Source: Eledone cirrhosa (lineage: Eukaryota). Taken from it: a stretch of 64,000 nucleotides of DNA. The notes beneath the pieces were generated by a model, which was not told where the DNA came from, ran no database searches, and saw nothing but the letters and a program-made list of their open reading frames with translations. The translations under genes and the position numbers were made by a program. Location of the stretch: contig OZ024744.1 of assembly GCA_964016885.1 (NCBI GenBank), forward strand, positions 123,256,001 through 123,320,000. The letters run 5' to 3'. This document shows, piece by piece, positions 28,602-43,600 of this stretch (position 1 is the first letter of the stretch; every line of letters begins with the position of its first letter).

Positions 28602-31600
28602 GTTAACTATCAACATAACAGTTATAGGTTTACTAGTTACATATCAACATAACAGTTTTATTAGTTAAATCTCAACATAAGTTTTACTAGTTAACTCTCA
28701 AGATAACAGTTTTACTAGTTAACTAGTAACATAACATTTTACTAGTTAACTGTCAACATAACAGATATAGTTTTACTAATTAACTCTGAACATAACAGTT
28801 TTACTAGTTAACTATCAACATAACAGTTATAGTTTTACTAGTTAACTCTCAACATAATAGTTTTACTAGTTAACTGGCAACATAACAGTTTTACTAGTTA
28901 AATCTCAACATAACAGTTTTGCTAGTTAACTCTCATGATAACAGTTTTGCTATTTAACTTTCAACATAACAGTTTTACTAGTTAACTCTCAACATAACAG
29001 TTTTACTAGTTAATTCTCAGCATAACAGTTTTGCCAGTTAACTATCAACATAAAAGTTATAGTTTTACTAGTTAACTATACACATAACAGTTTTACTAGT
29101 TAACTCACAATATAACAGTTTTGCTAGTTAACTATCAACATAACAGTTTTACGAGTTAAATATCAACATAATTAGTTTTACTAGTTAACTATCAACATAA
29201 CAGATATAGTTTTACTAGCTAATTATCAACATAACAGTTATAGTTTTACTAGTTAACTATCAACATAGTATTTTTTTACTACCTAACTCTCAACATAACA
29301 GTTTTATTAGTTAACTCTCAACATAAAAGTTTTACTATTTAACTCGCAACATAAGAGTTTTCCTAGTTAACTCGCAACAACAGTTTTACGACTTAACTCT
29401 CAGCATAAAGTTTTACTAGTTAACTATCAACATAACAGTTTTACTAGTTAACTATCAACATAACAGCTATAGATTTACTAGTTAACTATCAACATAACAG
29501 TTTTACTAGTTAACTCACAATATAACAGTTTTACTAGTTAACTCTCAGCATAAAGGTTTTACTAGTTAACTCTCAGCATAACAGTTTTGTTAGTTAACTA
29601 TCACCATGAGAGTTTTACTAGTTAACTATCAACATAAAAGATATAGTTTTACTAGCTATCAACATAACAGTTATAGTTTTACTAGTTAACAATCAACATA
29701 GCAGTTTTACCAGTTAACTATCAACATAACGGTTATAGTTTTACTAGTTACATAGCAGAACAGTTTTATTAGTTAACTCTCAACATAACAGTTTTACTAG
29801 TTACCTCTCAAGATAACAGTTTTACTAGTTAACTCTCAGCATAACAGTTTTACTAGTTAACTATCAACATAACAGTTTTATTAGTTAACTCGTAACATAA
29901 CATTTTACTAGTTAACTATCAACATAACAGATATAGAATTACTAGTTAACTCTGAACATAACAGTTTTACTAGTTAACTATCAACATAACAGTTAGTTTT
30001 ACTAGTTAACTCTCAACATAATAGTTTTACTAGTTAACTCGCAACATAACAGTTTTACTAGTTAACTCTCAACATAACAGTTTTACTAGTTAACTCTCAA
30101 AATAACAGTTTTGCTATTTAACTTTCAACATAACAGTTTTACTAGTTAACTATCAACATAACAGTTTTACTAGTTAACTATCAACATAACAGTTATGGTT
30201 TTACTAATTACATATCAACATAACAGTTTTACTAGTTAACTCACAAGATAACAGTTTTACTAGTTAACTCTCAGCATAACAGTTTTACTAGTTAACTCGT
30301 AACATAACATTTTACTAGTTAACTATCAACATAACATATATAGTTTTACTAGTTAACTTTGCAAATAATAGTTTTACTAGTTAACTATCAACATAACAGT
30401 TATAGTTTTACTAGTTAACTATCAACATAACAGTTTTACTAGCCAACTCTCAACATAACAGTTTTACTAGTTAACTCTCAGCATAAAAGTTTTACTAGTT
30501 AACTATCAACATAACAGTTTTAACAGATAACTATCAACATAACAGTTATAGTTATACAAGTTACCTAATACCATGAGAGTTTTACTAGTTAACTATCGAC
30601 ATAACAGTTATAGATTTACTAGTTAACTATCAAGATAGTAGTTTTACTAGTTAACTCTCAACATAACAATTTTACTAGTTAACTCGCAACATAACAGTTT
30701 TACTAGTTAACTCGCAGCATAACACTTTTGCTAGTTAACTATCAACATAACAGTTATAGATTTACTAATTAACTCTCAACATAACAGTATACTAGTTAAC
30801 TCTCAGCATAACAGCTTTACTAGATAACTATCAACATAACAGTTTTACTATTTAACTATCAACATAACAGATAGTTTTACTGGTTAACTCTCAACATAAC
30901 AGTTTTACTAGTTAACTCTCAACATAGAAATGTTACTAGTTAACTCGCAACATAACAGTTTTACTAGTTAACCCGCAACATAACAGTTTTGCTAGTTAAC
31001 TATCAACATAACAGTCATAGTTTTACTAATTAACTCTCAACATAACAGTTTTACTAGTTAACTCTCAGCATAACAGTTTTACTATTTAACTATCAACATA
31101 ACAGATAGTTTTACTGGTTAACTCTCAACATAACAGTTTCAATAGTTAACTATCAACATAACAGTCATAATTTTACTAGGTAACTATCAACAAAGTAGTT
31201 TTACTAGTTAACTCTCAACATAACAGTTTTATTAGTTAAGTCTCAGCATAACAGCTTTACTAGTTGATTATCAACATAACAGTTTCACTAGTTAACTATC
31301 AACATAACAGTTTTACTAGTTAACTATCAACATAACAGTTTTACTAGTTAACTCTGAACATAACAGTTTTATTAGTTAACTATCAACATAACAGTTATAG
31401 TTTTAATAGTTAACTCTCAACATAACAGTTTTACTAGTTAACTCGCAACGTAACAGTTTTACTGGTTAACTCTCAACATAACAGTTTTACTAGTTAACTA
31501 TCAGCATAAAAGCTTTGATAGTTAACTATCAACATAAAAGTTTTAATAGTTAACTATCAACATAACAGTTATAGTATTACGAGTTAACTCTCAACATAGT

Positions 31601-34600
31601 AGTTTTACTAGTTAACTCTCTGCATAACAGCTTTACTAGCTAACTATCAACATAACAGTTTTACTATTTAACTATCAACATAACAGATAGTTTTACTGGT
31701 TAACTCTCAACATAACTATTTGACTAGTTAACTATCAACATAAGTGTTATAGTTTTACTAGGTAACTATCAACATAGTAGTTTTACTAGTTAACTCTCAA
31801 CATAACAGTTTTACTAGTTAACTCGCAACGTAACAGTTTTACTAGTTAACTATCAACATAATTAGTTTTACTAGCTAACTATCAACATAACAGATATAGT
31901 TTTACTAGTTAACTATCAACATAGTATTTTTTACTACGTAACTCTCAACATAACAGTTTTACTAGTTAACTCTCAACATAAAAGTTTTACTATTTAACTA
32001 GCAACATAAGAGTTTTACTAGTTAACTCGCAACATAACAGTTTTACGTGTTAACTCTCAGCATAACAGTTATAGATGTACTAGTTAACTATCAACATAAA
32101 AGATATAGTTTTACTAGCTATCAACATAAGTTATAGTTTTACTAGTTAGCAATCAACATAGCAGTTTTACTAGTTAACTATCAACATAACAGTTATGGTT
32201 TTACTAATTACATATCAACATAACAGTTTTACTAGTTAACACACAAGATAACAGTTTTACTAGTTAACTCTCAGCATAACAGTTTTACTAGTTAACTCGT
32301 AACATAACATTTTACTAGTTAACTATCAACATAACATATATAGTATTACTAGTTAACTCTGCAAATAATAGTTTTACTAGTTAACTATCAACATAACAGT
32401 TATATTTTTACTAGTTAACTCTCAACATAACAGTTTTGCTAGTTAACTATCAACATAACACTTTTACTAGTTAAGTACTAACATAACAGTTATAGTTTTA
32501 CTAGTTAACTATCAACATAACAGTTTTACTAGTCAATTCTCAACATAACAGTTTTACTAGTTAACTCTCAGCATAAAAGTTTTACTAGTTAACTATCAAC
32601 ATAACAGTTTTAACAGATAACTATCAACATAACAGTTATAGTTATACAAGTTACCTAATACCATGAGAGTTTTACTAGTTAACTATCGACATAACAGTTA
32701 TAGATTTACTAGTTAACTATCAAGATAGTAGTTTTACTAGTTAACTCTCAACATAACAATTTTACTAGTTAACTCGCAACATAACAGTTTTACTAGTTAA
32801 CTCGCAGCATAACACTTTTGCTAGTTAACTATCAACATAACAGTTATAGATTTACTAATTAACTCTCAACATAACAGTATACTAGTTAACTCTCAGCATA
32901 ACAGCTTTACTAGATAACTATCAACATAACAGTTTTACTATTTAACTATCAACATAACAGATAGTTTTACTGGTTAACTCTCAACATAACAGTTTTACTA
33001 GTTAACTCTCAACATAGAAATGTTACTAGTTAACCCGCAACATAACAGTTTTGCTAGTTAACTATCAACATAACAGTCATAGTTTTACTAATTAACTCTC
33101 AACATAACAGTTTTACTAGTTAACTCTCAGCATAACAGCTTTACTAGTTAATTATACACATAACAGTTTTACTATTTAACTATCAACATAACAGATAGTT
33201 TTACTGGTTAACTCTCAACATAACTATTTGACTAGTTAACTATCAACATAAGTGTTATAGTTTTACTAGGTAACTATCAACATAGTAGTTTTACTAGTTA
33301 ACTCTCAACATAACAGTTTTACTAGTTAACTCGCAACGTAACAGTTTTACTAGTTAACTCTCAACATAACAGTTTTACTAGTTAACTCTCAGCATAAAAC
33401 TTTTGCTAGTTAACTATCAATATAACAGTTTTACTAGTTAACTATAAACATAACATTTATAGTTTTACTAGTTAACTATCAACATAACAGTTATAGTTTT
33501 ACTAGTTAACTCTCAACATAAAAGTTATACTAGTTAACTCTCAATATTAGTTTTACTAGTTAACTCACAACATAACAATTTTAGAAGTTAACTCTCAGCG
33601 TATCAATTTTGCTAGTTAACTATCAACATAATAGTTGTACTAGTTAACTATCAACATAACAGTTATAGTTTTAGTAGTTAATTATCAACATAACAGTTTT
33701 ACTAGTTAACTCACAAAATAACAGTTTTACTAGTTAACTATCAGCATAACAGTTTTACTAGTTAACTATCAACATAACAATTTTACTAGTTAACTCTCAA
33801 CATAACAGTTTTACTAGTTACCTCTCAGCATAACAGTTTTGCTAGTTAACTATCAACATAACAGTTATAGATTTACTGGTTAACTATCAACATAACAGTT
33901 TTACTAGTTAACTATCAACATAACAGTTATAGGTTTACTAGTTACATATCAACATAACAGTTTTACTAGTTAACTCTCAACATAACAGTTTTACTAGTTA
34001 ACTGTCAGCATAAAACTTTTGCTAGTTAACTATCAATATAACAGTTTTACTAGTTAATTATACACATAACATTTATAGTTTTACTAGTTAACTATCAACA
34101 TAACAGTTATAGTTTTACTAGTTAACTCTCAACATAAAAGTTATACTAGTTAACTCTCAATATTAGTTTTACTAGTTAACACACAACATAACAATTTTAG
34201 AAGTTAACTCTCAGCGTATCAATTTTGCTAGTTAACTATCAACATAATAGTTGTACTAGTTAACTATCAACATAACAGTTATAGTTTTACTAGTTAATTA
34301 TCAACATAACAGTTTTACTAGTTAACCCACAATATAACAGTTTTACTAGTTAACTATCAGCATAACAGTTTTACTAGTTAACTATCAACATAACAATTTT
34401 ACTAGTTAACTCTCAACATAACAGTTTTACTAGTTACCTCTCAGCATAACAGTTTTGCTAGTTAAATATCAACATAACAGTTATAGATTTACTAGTTAAC
34501 TATCAACATAACAGTTTTACTAGTTAACTCACAATATAACAGTTTTACTAGTTAACTCACCACATAAAGGTTTTACTAGTTAACTATCAACATAAAAGAT

Positions 34601-34672
34601 AGTTTTACTAGCTAACTATCAACATAACAGTTATAGTTTTACTAGTTAGCAATCAACATAGCAGTTTTACTA
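28602..34672. repeat. HOR unit, short type (6,071 bp)
   Basis: Marker CC at 29282 and 35353. It lacks the segment equivalent to about 1670-3180 of the long unit and has private variants AGCCAACTCT (30441), AACTTTGCAAAT and GTTAACAATCAAC. Confidence 0.9.
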
Positions 34673-37600
34673 GTTAACTATCAACATAACAGTTATAGGT
34701 TTACTAGTTACATATCAACATAACAGTTTTATTAGTTAAATCTCAACATAAGTTTTACTAGTTAACTCTCAAGATAACAGTTTTACTAGTTAACTAGTAA
34801 CATAACATTTTACTAGTTAACTATCAACATAACAGATATAGTTTTACTAATTAACTCTGAACATAACAGTTTTACTAGTTAACTATCAACATAACAGTTA
34901 TAGTTTTACTAGTTAACTCTCAACATAATAGTTTTACTAGTTAACTGGCAACATAACAGTTTTACTAGTTAAATCTCAACATAACAGTTTTGCTAGTTAA
35001 CTCTCATGATAACAGTTTTGCTATTTAACTTTCAACATAACAGTTTTACTAGTTAACTCTCAACATAACAGTTTTACTAGTTAATTCTCAGCATAACAGT
35101 TTTGCCAGTTAACTATCAACATAAAAGTTATAGTTTTACTAGTTAACTATACACATAACAGTTTTACTAGTTAACTCACAATATAACAGTTTTGCTAGTT
35201 AACTATCAACATAACAGTTTTACGAGTTAAATATCAACATAATTAGTTTTACTAGTTAACTATCAACATAACAGATATAGTTTTACTAGCTAATTATCAA
35301 CATAACAGTTATAGTTTTACTAGTTAACTATCAACATAGTATTTTTTTACTACCTAACTCTCAACATAACAGTTTTATTAGTTAACTCTCAACATAAAAG
35401 TTTTACTATTTAACTCGCAACATAAGAGTTTTCCTAGTTAACTCGCAACAACAGTTTTACGACTTAACTCTCAGCATAAAGTTTTACTAGTTAACTATCA
35501 ACATAACAGTTTTACTAGTTAACTATCAACATAACAGCTATAGATTTACTAGTTAACTATCAACATAACAGTTTTACTAGTTAACTCACAATATAACAGT
35601 TTTACTAGTTAACTCTCAGCATAAAGGTTTTACTAGTTAACTCTCAGCATAACAGTTTTGTTAGTTAACTATCACCATGAGAGTTTTACTAGTTAACTAT
35701 CAACATAAAAGATATAGTTTTACTAGCTATCAACATAACAGTTATAGTTTTACTAGTTAACAATCAACATAGCAGTTTTACCAGTTAACTATCAACATAA
35801 CGGTTATAGTTTTACTAGTTACATAGCAGAACAGTTTTATTAGTTAACTCTCAACATAACAGTTTTACTAGTTACCTCTCAAGATAACAGTTTTACTAGT
35901 TAACTCTCAGCATAACAGTTTTACTAGTTAACTATCAACATAACAGTTTTATTAGTTAACTCGTAACATAACATTTTACTAGTTAACTATCAACATAACA
36001 GATATAGAATTACTAGTTAACTCTGAACATAACAGTTTTACTAGTTAACTATCAACATAACAGTTAGTTTTACTAGTTAACTCTCAACATAATAGTTTTA
36101 CTAGTTAACTCGCAACATAACAGTTTTACTAGTTAACTCTCAACATAACAGTTTTACTAGTTAACTCTCAAAATAACAGTTTTGCTATTTAACTTTCAAC
36201 ATAACAGTTTTACTAGTTAACTATCAACATAACAGTTTTACTAGTTAACTATCAACATAACAGTTATGGTTTTACTAATTACATATCAACATAACAGTTT
36301 TACTAGTTAACTCACAAGATAACAGTTTTACTAGTTAACTCTCAGCATAACAGTTTTACTAGTTAACTCGTAACATAACATTTTACTAGTTAACTATCAA
36401 CATAACATATATAGTTTTACTAGTTAACTTTGCAAATAATAGTTTTACTAGTTAACTATCAACATAACAGTTATAGTTTTACTAGTTAACTATCAACATA
36501 ACAGTTTTACTAGCCAACTCTCAACATAACAGTTTTACTAGTTAACTCTCAGCATAAAAGTTTTACTAGTTAACTATCAACATAACAGTTTTAACAGATA
36601 ACTATCAACATAACAGTTATAGTTATACAAGTTACCTAATACCATGAGAGTTTTACTAGTTAACTATCGACATAACAGTTATAGATTTACTAGTTAACTA
36701 TCAAGATAGTAGTTTTACTAGTTAACTCTCAACATAACAATTTTACTAGTTAACTCGCAACATAACAGTTTTACTAGTTAACTCGCAGCATAACACTTTT
36801 GCTAGTTAACTATCAACATAACAGTTATAGATTTACTAATTAACTCTCAACATAACAGTATACTAGTTAACTCTCAGCATAACAGCTTTACTAGATAACT
36901 ATCAACATAACAGTTTTACTATTTAACTATCAACATAACAGATAGTTTTACTGGTTAACTCTCAACATAACAGTTTTACTAGTTAACTCTCAACATAGAA
37001 ATGTTACTAGTTAACTCGCAACATAACAGTTTTACTAGTTAACCCGCAACATAACAGTTTTGCTAGTTAACTATCAACATAACAGTCATAGTTTTACTAA
37101 TTAACTCTCAACATAACAGTTTTACTAGTTAACTCTCAGCATAACAGTTTTACTATTTAACTATCAACATAACAGATAGTTTTACTGGTTAACTCTCAAC
37201 ATAACAGTTTCAATAGTTAACTATCAACATAACAGTCATAATTTTACTAGGTAACTATCAACAAAGTAGTTAACTCTCAACATAACAGTTTTATTAGTTA
37301 AGTCTCAGCATAACAGCTTTACTAGTTGATTATCAACATAACAGTTTCACTAGTTAACTATCAACATAACAGTTTTACTAGTTAACTATCAACATAACAG
37401 TTTTACTAGTTAACTCTGAACATAACAGTTTTATTAGTTAACTATCAACATAACAGTTATAGTTTTAATAGTTAACTCTCAACATAACAGTTTTACTAGT
37501 TAACTCGCAACGTAACAGTTTTACTGGTTAACTCTCAACATAACAGTTTTACTAGTTAACTATCAGCATAAAAGCTTTGATAGTTAACTATCAACATAAA

Positions 37601-40600
37601 AGTTTTAATAGTTAACTATCAACATAACAGTTATAGTATTACGAGTTAACTCTCAACATAGTAGTTTTACTAGTTAACTCTCTGCATAACAGCTTTACTA
37701 GCTAACTATCAACATAACAGTTTTACTATTTAACTATCAACATAACAGATAGTTTTACTGGTTAACTCTCAACATAACTATTTGACTAGTTAACTATCAA
37801 CATAAGTGTTATAGTTTTACTAGGTAACTATCAACATAGTAGTTTTACTAGTTAACTCTCAACATAACAGTTTTACTAGTTAACTCGCAACGTAACAGTT
37901 TTACTAGTTAACTATCAACATAATTAGTTTTACTAGCTAACTATCAACATAACAGATATAGTTTTACTAGTTAACTATCAACATAGTATTTTTTACTACG
38001 TAACTCTCAACATAACAGTTTTACTAGTTAACTCTCAACATAAAAGTTTTACTATTTAACTAGCAACATAAGAGTTTTACTAGTTAACTCGCAACATAAC
38101 AGTTTTACGTGTTAACTCTCAGCATAACAGTTATAGATGTACTAGTTAACTATCAACATAAAAGATATAGTTTTACTAGCTATCAACATAAGTTATAGTT
38201 TTACTAGTTAGCAATCAACATAGCAGTTTTACTAGTTAACTATCAACATAACAGTTATGGTTTTACTAATTACATATCAACATAACAGTTTTACTAGTTA
38301 ACACACAAGATAACAGTTTTACTAGTTAACTCTCAGCATAACAGTTTTACTAGTTAACTCGTAACATAACATTTTACTAGTTAACTATCAACATAACATA
38401 TATAGTATTACTAGTTAACTCTGCAAATAATAGTTTTACTAGTTAACTATCAACATAACAGTTATATTTTTACTAGTTAACTCTCAACATAACAGTTTTG
38501 CTAGTTAACTATCAACATAACACTTTTACTAGTTAAGTACTAACATAACAGTTATAGTTTTACTAGTTAACTATCAACATAACAGTTTTACTAGTCAATT
38601 CTCAACATAACAGTTTTACTAGTTAACTCTCAGCATAAAAGTTTTACTAGTTAACTATCAACATAACAGTTTTAACAGATAACTATCAACATAACAGTTA
38701 TAGTTATACAAGTTACCTAATACCATGAGAGTTTTACTAGTTAACTATCGACATAACAGTTATAGATTTACTAGTTAACTATCAAGATAGTAGTTTTACT
38801 AGTTAACTCTCAACATAACAATTTTACTAGTTAACTCGCAACATAACAGTTTTACTAGTTAACTCGCAGCATAACACTTTTGCTAGTTAACTATCAACAT
38901 AACAGTTATAGATTTACTAATTAACTCTCAACATAACAGTATACTAGTTAACTCTCAGCATAACAGCTTTACTAGATAACTATCAACATAACAGTTTTAC
39001 TATTTAACTATCAACATAACAGATAGTTTTACTGGTTAACTCTCAACATAACAGTTTTACTAGTTAACTCTCAACATAGAAATGTTACTAGTTAACCCGC
39101 AACATAACAGTTTTGCTAGTTAACTATCAACATAACAGTCATAGTTTTACTAATTAACTCTCAACATAACAGTTTTACTAGTTAACTCTCAGCATAACAG
39201 CTTTACTAGTTAATTATACACATAACAGTTTTACTATTTAACTATCAACATAACAGATAGTTTTACTGGTTAACTCTCAACATAACTATTTGACTAGTTA
39301 ACTATCAACATAAGTGTTATAGTTTTACTAGGTAACTATCAACATAGTAGTTTTACTAGTTAACTCTCAACATAACAGTTTTACTAGTTAACTCGCAACG
39401 TAACAGTTTTACTAGTTAACTCTCAACATAACAGTTTTACTAGTTAACTCTCAGCATAAAACTTTTGCTAGTTAACTATCAATATAACAGTTTTACTAGT
39501 TAACTATAAACATAACATTTATAGTTTTACTAGTTAACTATCAACATAACAGTTATAGTTTTACTAGTTAACTCTCAACATAAAAGTTATACTAGTTAAC
39601 TCTCAATATTAGTTTTACTAGTTAACTCACAACATAACAATTTTAGAAGTTAACTCTCAGCGTATCAATTTTGCTAGTTAACTATCAACATAATAGTTGT
39701 ACTAGTTAACTATCAACATAACAGTTATAGTTTTAGTAGTTAATTATCAACATAACAGTTTTACTAGTTAACTCACAAAATAACAGTTTTACTAGTTAAC
39801 TATCAGCATAACAGTTTTACTAGTTAACTATCAACATAACAATTTTACTAGTTAACTCTCAACATAACAGTTTTACTAGTTACCTCTCAGCATAACAGTT
39901 TTGCTAGTTAACTATCAACATAACAGTTATAGATTTACTGGTTAACTATCAACATAACAGTTTTACTAGTTAACTATCAACATAACAGTTATAGGTTTAC
40001 TAGTTACATATCAACATAACAGTTTTACTAGTTAACTCTCAACATAACAGTTTTACTAGTTAACTGTCAGCATAAAACTTTTGCTAGTTAACTATCAATA
40101 TAACAGTTTTACTAGTTAATTATACACATAACATTTATAGTTTTACTAGTTAACTATCAACATAACAGTTATAGTTTTACTAGTTAACTCTCAACATAAA
40201 AGTTATACTAGTTAACTCTCAATATTAGTTTTACTAGTTAACACACAACATAACAATTTTAGAAGTTAACTCTCAGCGTATCAATTTTGCTAGTTAACTA
40301 TCAACATAATAGTTGTACTAGTTAACTATCAACATAACAGTTATAGTTTTACTAGTTAATTATCAACATAACAGTTTTACTAGTTAACCCACAATATAAC
40401 AGTTTTACTAGTTAACTATCAGCATAACAGTTTTACTAGTTAACTATCAACATAACAATTTTACTAGTTAACTCTCAACATAACAGTTTTACTAGTTACC
40501 TCTCAGCATAACAGTTTTGCTAGTTAAATATCAACATAACAGTTATAGATTTACTAGTTAACTATCAACATAACAGTTTTACTAGTTAACTCACAATATA

Positions 40601-43600
40601 ACAGTTTTACTAGTTAACTCTCAAGATAATAATTTTACTAGTTAACTCACAACATAACACTTTTACTAGTTAACTCTCAGCATAACAGTTTTGCTATTTA
40701 ACTATCAACATAACAGTTTTACTAGTTAAGTACTAACATAACAGTTATAGTTTTACTAATTAACTATCAACATAACAGTTTTACTAGTTAACTCACAACA
40801 TAACAGCTTTACTAGTTAACTCTCAACATAAAAGTTTTACTAGTTAATTCTCAGCATAAAGGTTTTACTAGTTAACTCTCAGCTAGTTAACTCTTTGTTA
40901 GTTAACTATCTTTACTAGTTAACTCTTTGTTAGTTAACTATCAACATGAGAGTTTTACTAGTTAACTATCAACATAAAAGATATAGTTTTACTAGCTATC
41001 AACATAACAGTTATAGTTTTACTAGTTATCAATCAACATAGCAGTTTTACCAGTTAACTATCAACATAACGGTTATAGTTTTACTAGTTACATAGCAGAA
41101 CAGTTTTATTAGTTAACTCTCAACATAACAATTTTACTAGTTACCTCTCAAGATAACAGTTTTACTAGTTAACTCTCAGCATAACAGTTTTACTAGTTAA
41201 CTATCAACATAACAGTTTTACTAGTTAACTATCAACATAACAGTTAGTTTTACTAGTTAACTCTCAACATAATAGTTTTACTAGTTAACTCGCAACATAA
41301 CAGTTTTACGAGTTAACTCTCAACATAATAGTTTTACTAGTTAACTCGCAACATAACAGTTTTACTAGTTAACTCTCAACATAACAGTTGTACTAGTTAA
41401 CTTTCAACATAACAGTTTTACTAGTTAACTATCAACATAACAGTTTTACTAGATAACTATCAACATAACAGTTTTACTAGTTAACTCTCAGCATAACAGT
41501 TTTACTAGTTAACTCGTAACATAACATTTTACTAGTTAACTATCAACATAACATATATAGCTTTACTAGTTAACTCTGCAAATAATAGTTTTACTAATTA
41601 ACTATCAACATAACAGTTATAGTTTTACTAGTTAACTCTCAACATAACAGTTTTGCTAGTTAACTATCAACATAACACTTTTACTAGTTAAGTACTAACA
41701 TAACAGTTATAGTTTTACTAGTTAACTATCAACATAACAGTTTTACTAGTCAACTCTCAACATAACAGTTTTACTAGTTAACTCTCAGCATAAAAGTTTT
41801 ACTAGTTAACTATCAACATAACAGTTTTAACAGATAACTATCAACATAACAGTTATAGTTATACAAGTTACCTAATACCATGAGAGTTTTACTAGTTAAC
41901 TATCGACATAACAGTTATAGATTTACTAGTTAACTATCAAGATAGTAGTTTTACTAGTTAACTCTCAACATAACAATTTTACTAGTTAACTCGCAACATA
42001 ACAGTTTTACTAGTTAACTCGCAGCATAACACTTTTGCTAGTTAACTATCAACATAACAGTTATAGATTTACTAATTAACTCTCAACATAACAGTATACT
42101 AGTTAACTCTCAGCATAACAGCTTTACTAGATAACTATCAACATAACAGTTTTACTATTTAACTATCAACATAACATATAGTTTTACTGGTTAACTCTCA
42201 ACATAACAGTTTTACTAGTTAACTCTCAACATAGAAATGTTACTAGTTAACTCGCAACATAACAGTTTTACTAGTTAACCCGCAACATAACAGTTTTGCT
42301 AGTTAACTATCAACATAACAGTCATAGTTTTACTAATTAACTCTCAACATAACAGTTTTACTAGTTAACTCTCAGCATAACAGCTTTACTAGTTAATTAT
42401 ACACATAACAGTTTTACTATTTAACTATCAACATAACAGATAGTTTTACTGGTTAACTCTCAACATAACAGTTTCAATAGTTAACTATCAACATAACAGT
42501 CATAATTTTACTAGGTAACTATCAACAAAGTAGTTTTACTAGTTAACTCTCAACATAACAGTTTTACTAGTTAAGTCTCAGCATAACAGCTTTACTAGTT
42601 GATTATCAACATAACAGTTTCACTAGTTAACTATCAACATAACAGTTTTACTAGTTAACTATCAACATAACAGTTATAGTTTTACTAGTTAACTATCAAC
42701 ATAACAGTTTTACTAGTTAACTCTGAACATAACAGTTTTATTAGTTAACTATCAACATAACAGTTATAGTTTTAATAGTTAACTCTCAACATAACAGTTT
42801 TACTAGTTAACTCGCAACGTAACAGTTTTACTGGTTAACTCTCAACATAACAGTTTTACTAGTTAACTATCAGCATAAAAGCTTTGATAGTTAACTATCA
42901 ACATAAAAGTTTTAATAGTTAACTATCAACATAACAGTTATAGTATTACGAGTTAACTCTCAACATAGTAGTTTTACTAGTTAACTCTCTGCATAACAGC
43001 TTTACTAGCTAACTATCAACATAACAGTTTTACTATTTAACTATCAACATAACAGATAGTTTTACTGGTTAACTCTCAACATAACTATTTGACTAGTTAA
43101 CTATCAACATAAGTGTTATAGTTTTACTAGGTAACTATCAACATAGTAGTTTTACTAGTTAACTCTCAACATAACAGTTTTACTAGTTAACTCGCAACGT
43201 AACAGTTTTACTAGTTAACTATCAACATAATTAGTTTTACTAGCTAACTATCAACATAACAGATATAGTTTTACTAGTTAACTATCAACATAGTATTTTT
43301 TACTACGTAACTCTCAACATAACAGTTTTACTAGTTAACTCTCAACATAAAAGTTTTACTATTTAACTAGCAACATAAGAGTTTTACTAGTTAACTCGCA
43401 ACATAACAGTTTTACGTGTTAACTCTCAGCATAACAGTTATAGATGTACTAGTTAACTATCAACATAAAAGATATAGTTTTACTAGCTATCAACATAAGT
43501 TATAGTTTTACTAGTTAGCAATCAACATAGCAGTTTTACTAGTTAACTATCAACATAACAGTTATGGTTTTACTAATTACATATCAACATAACAGTTTTA

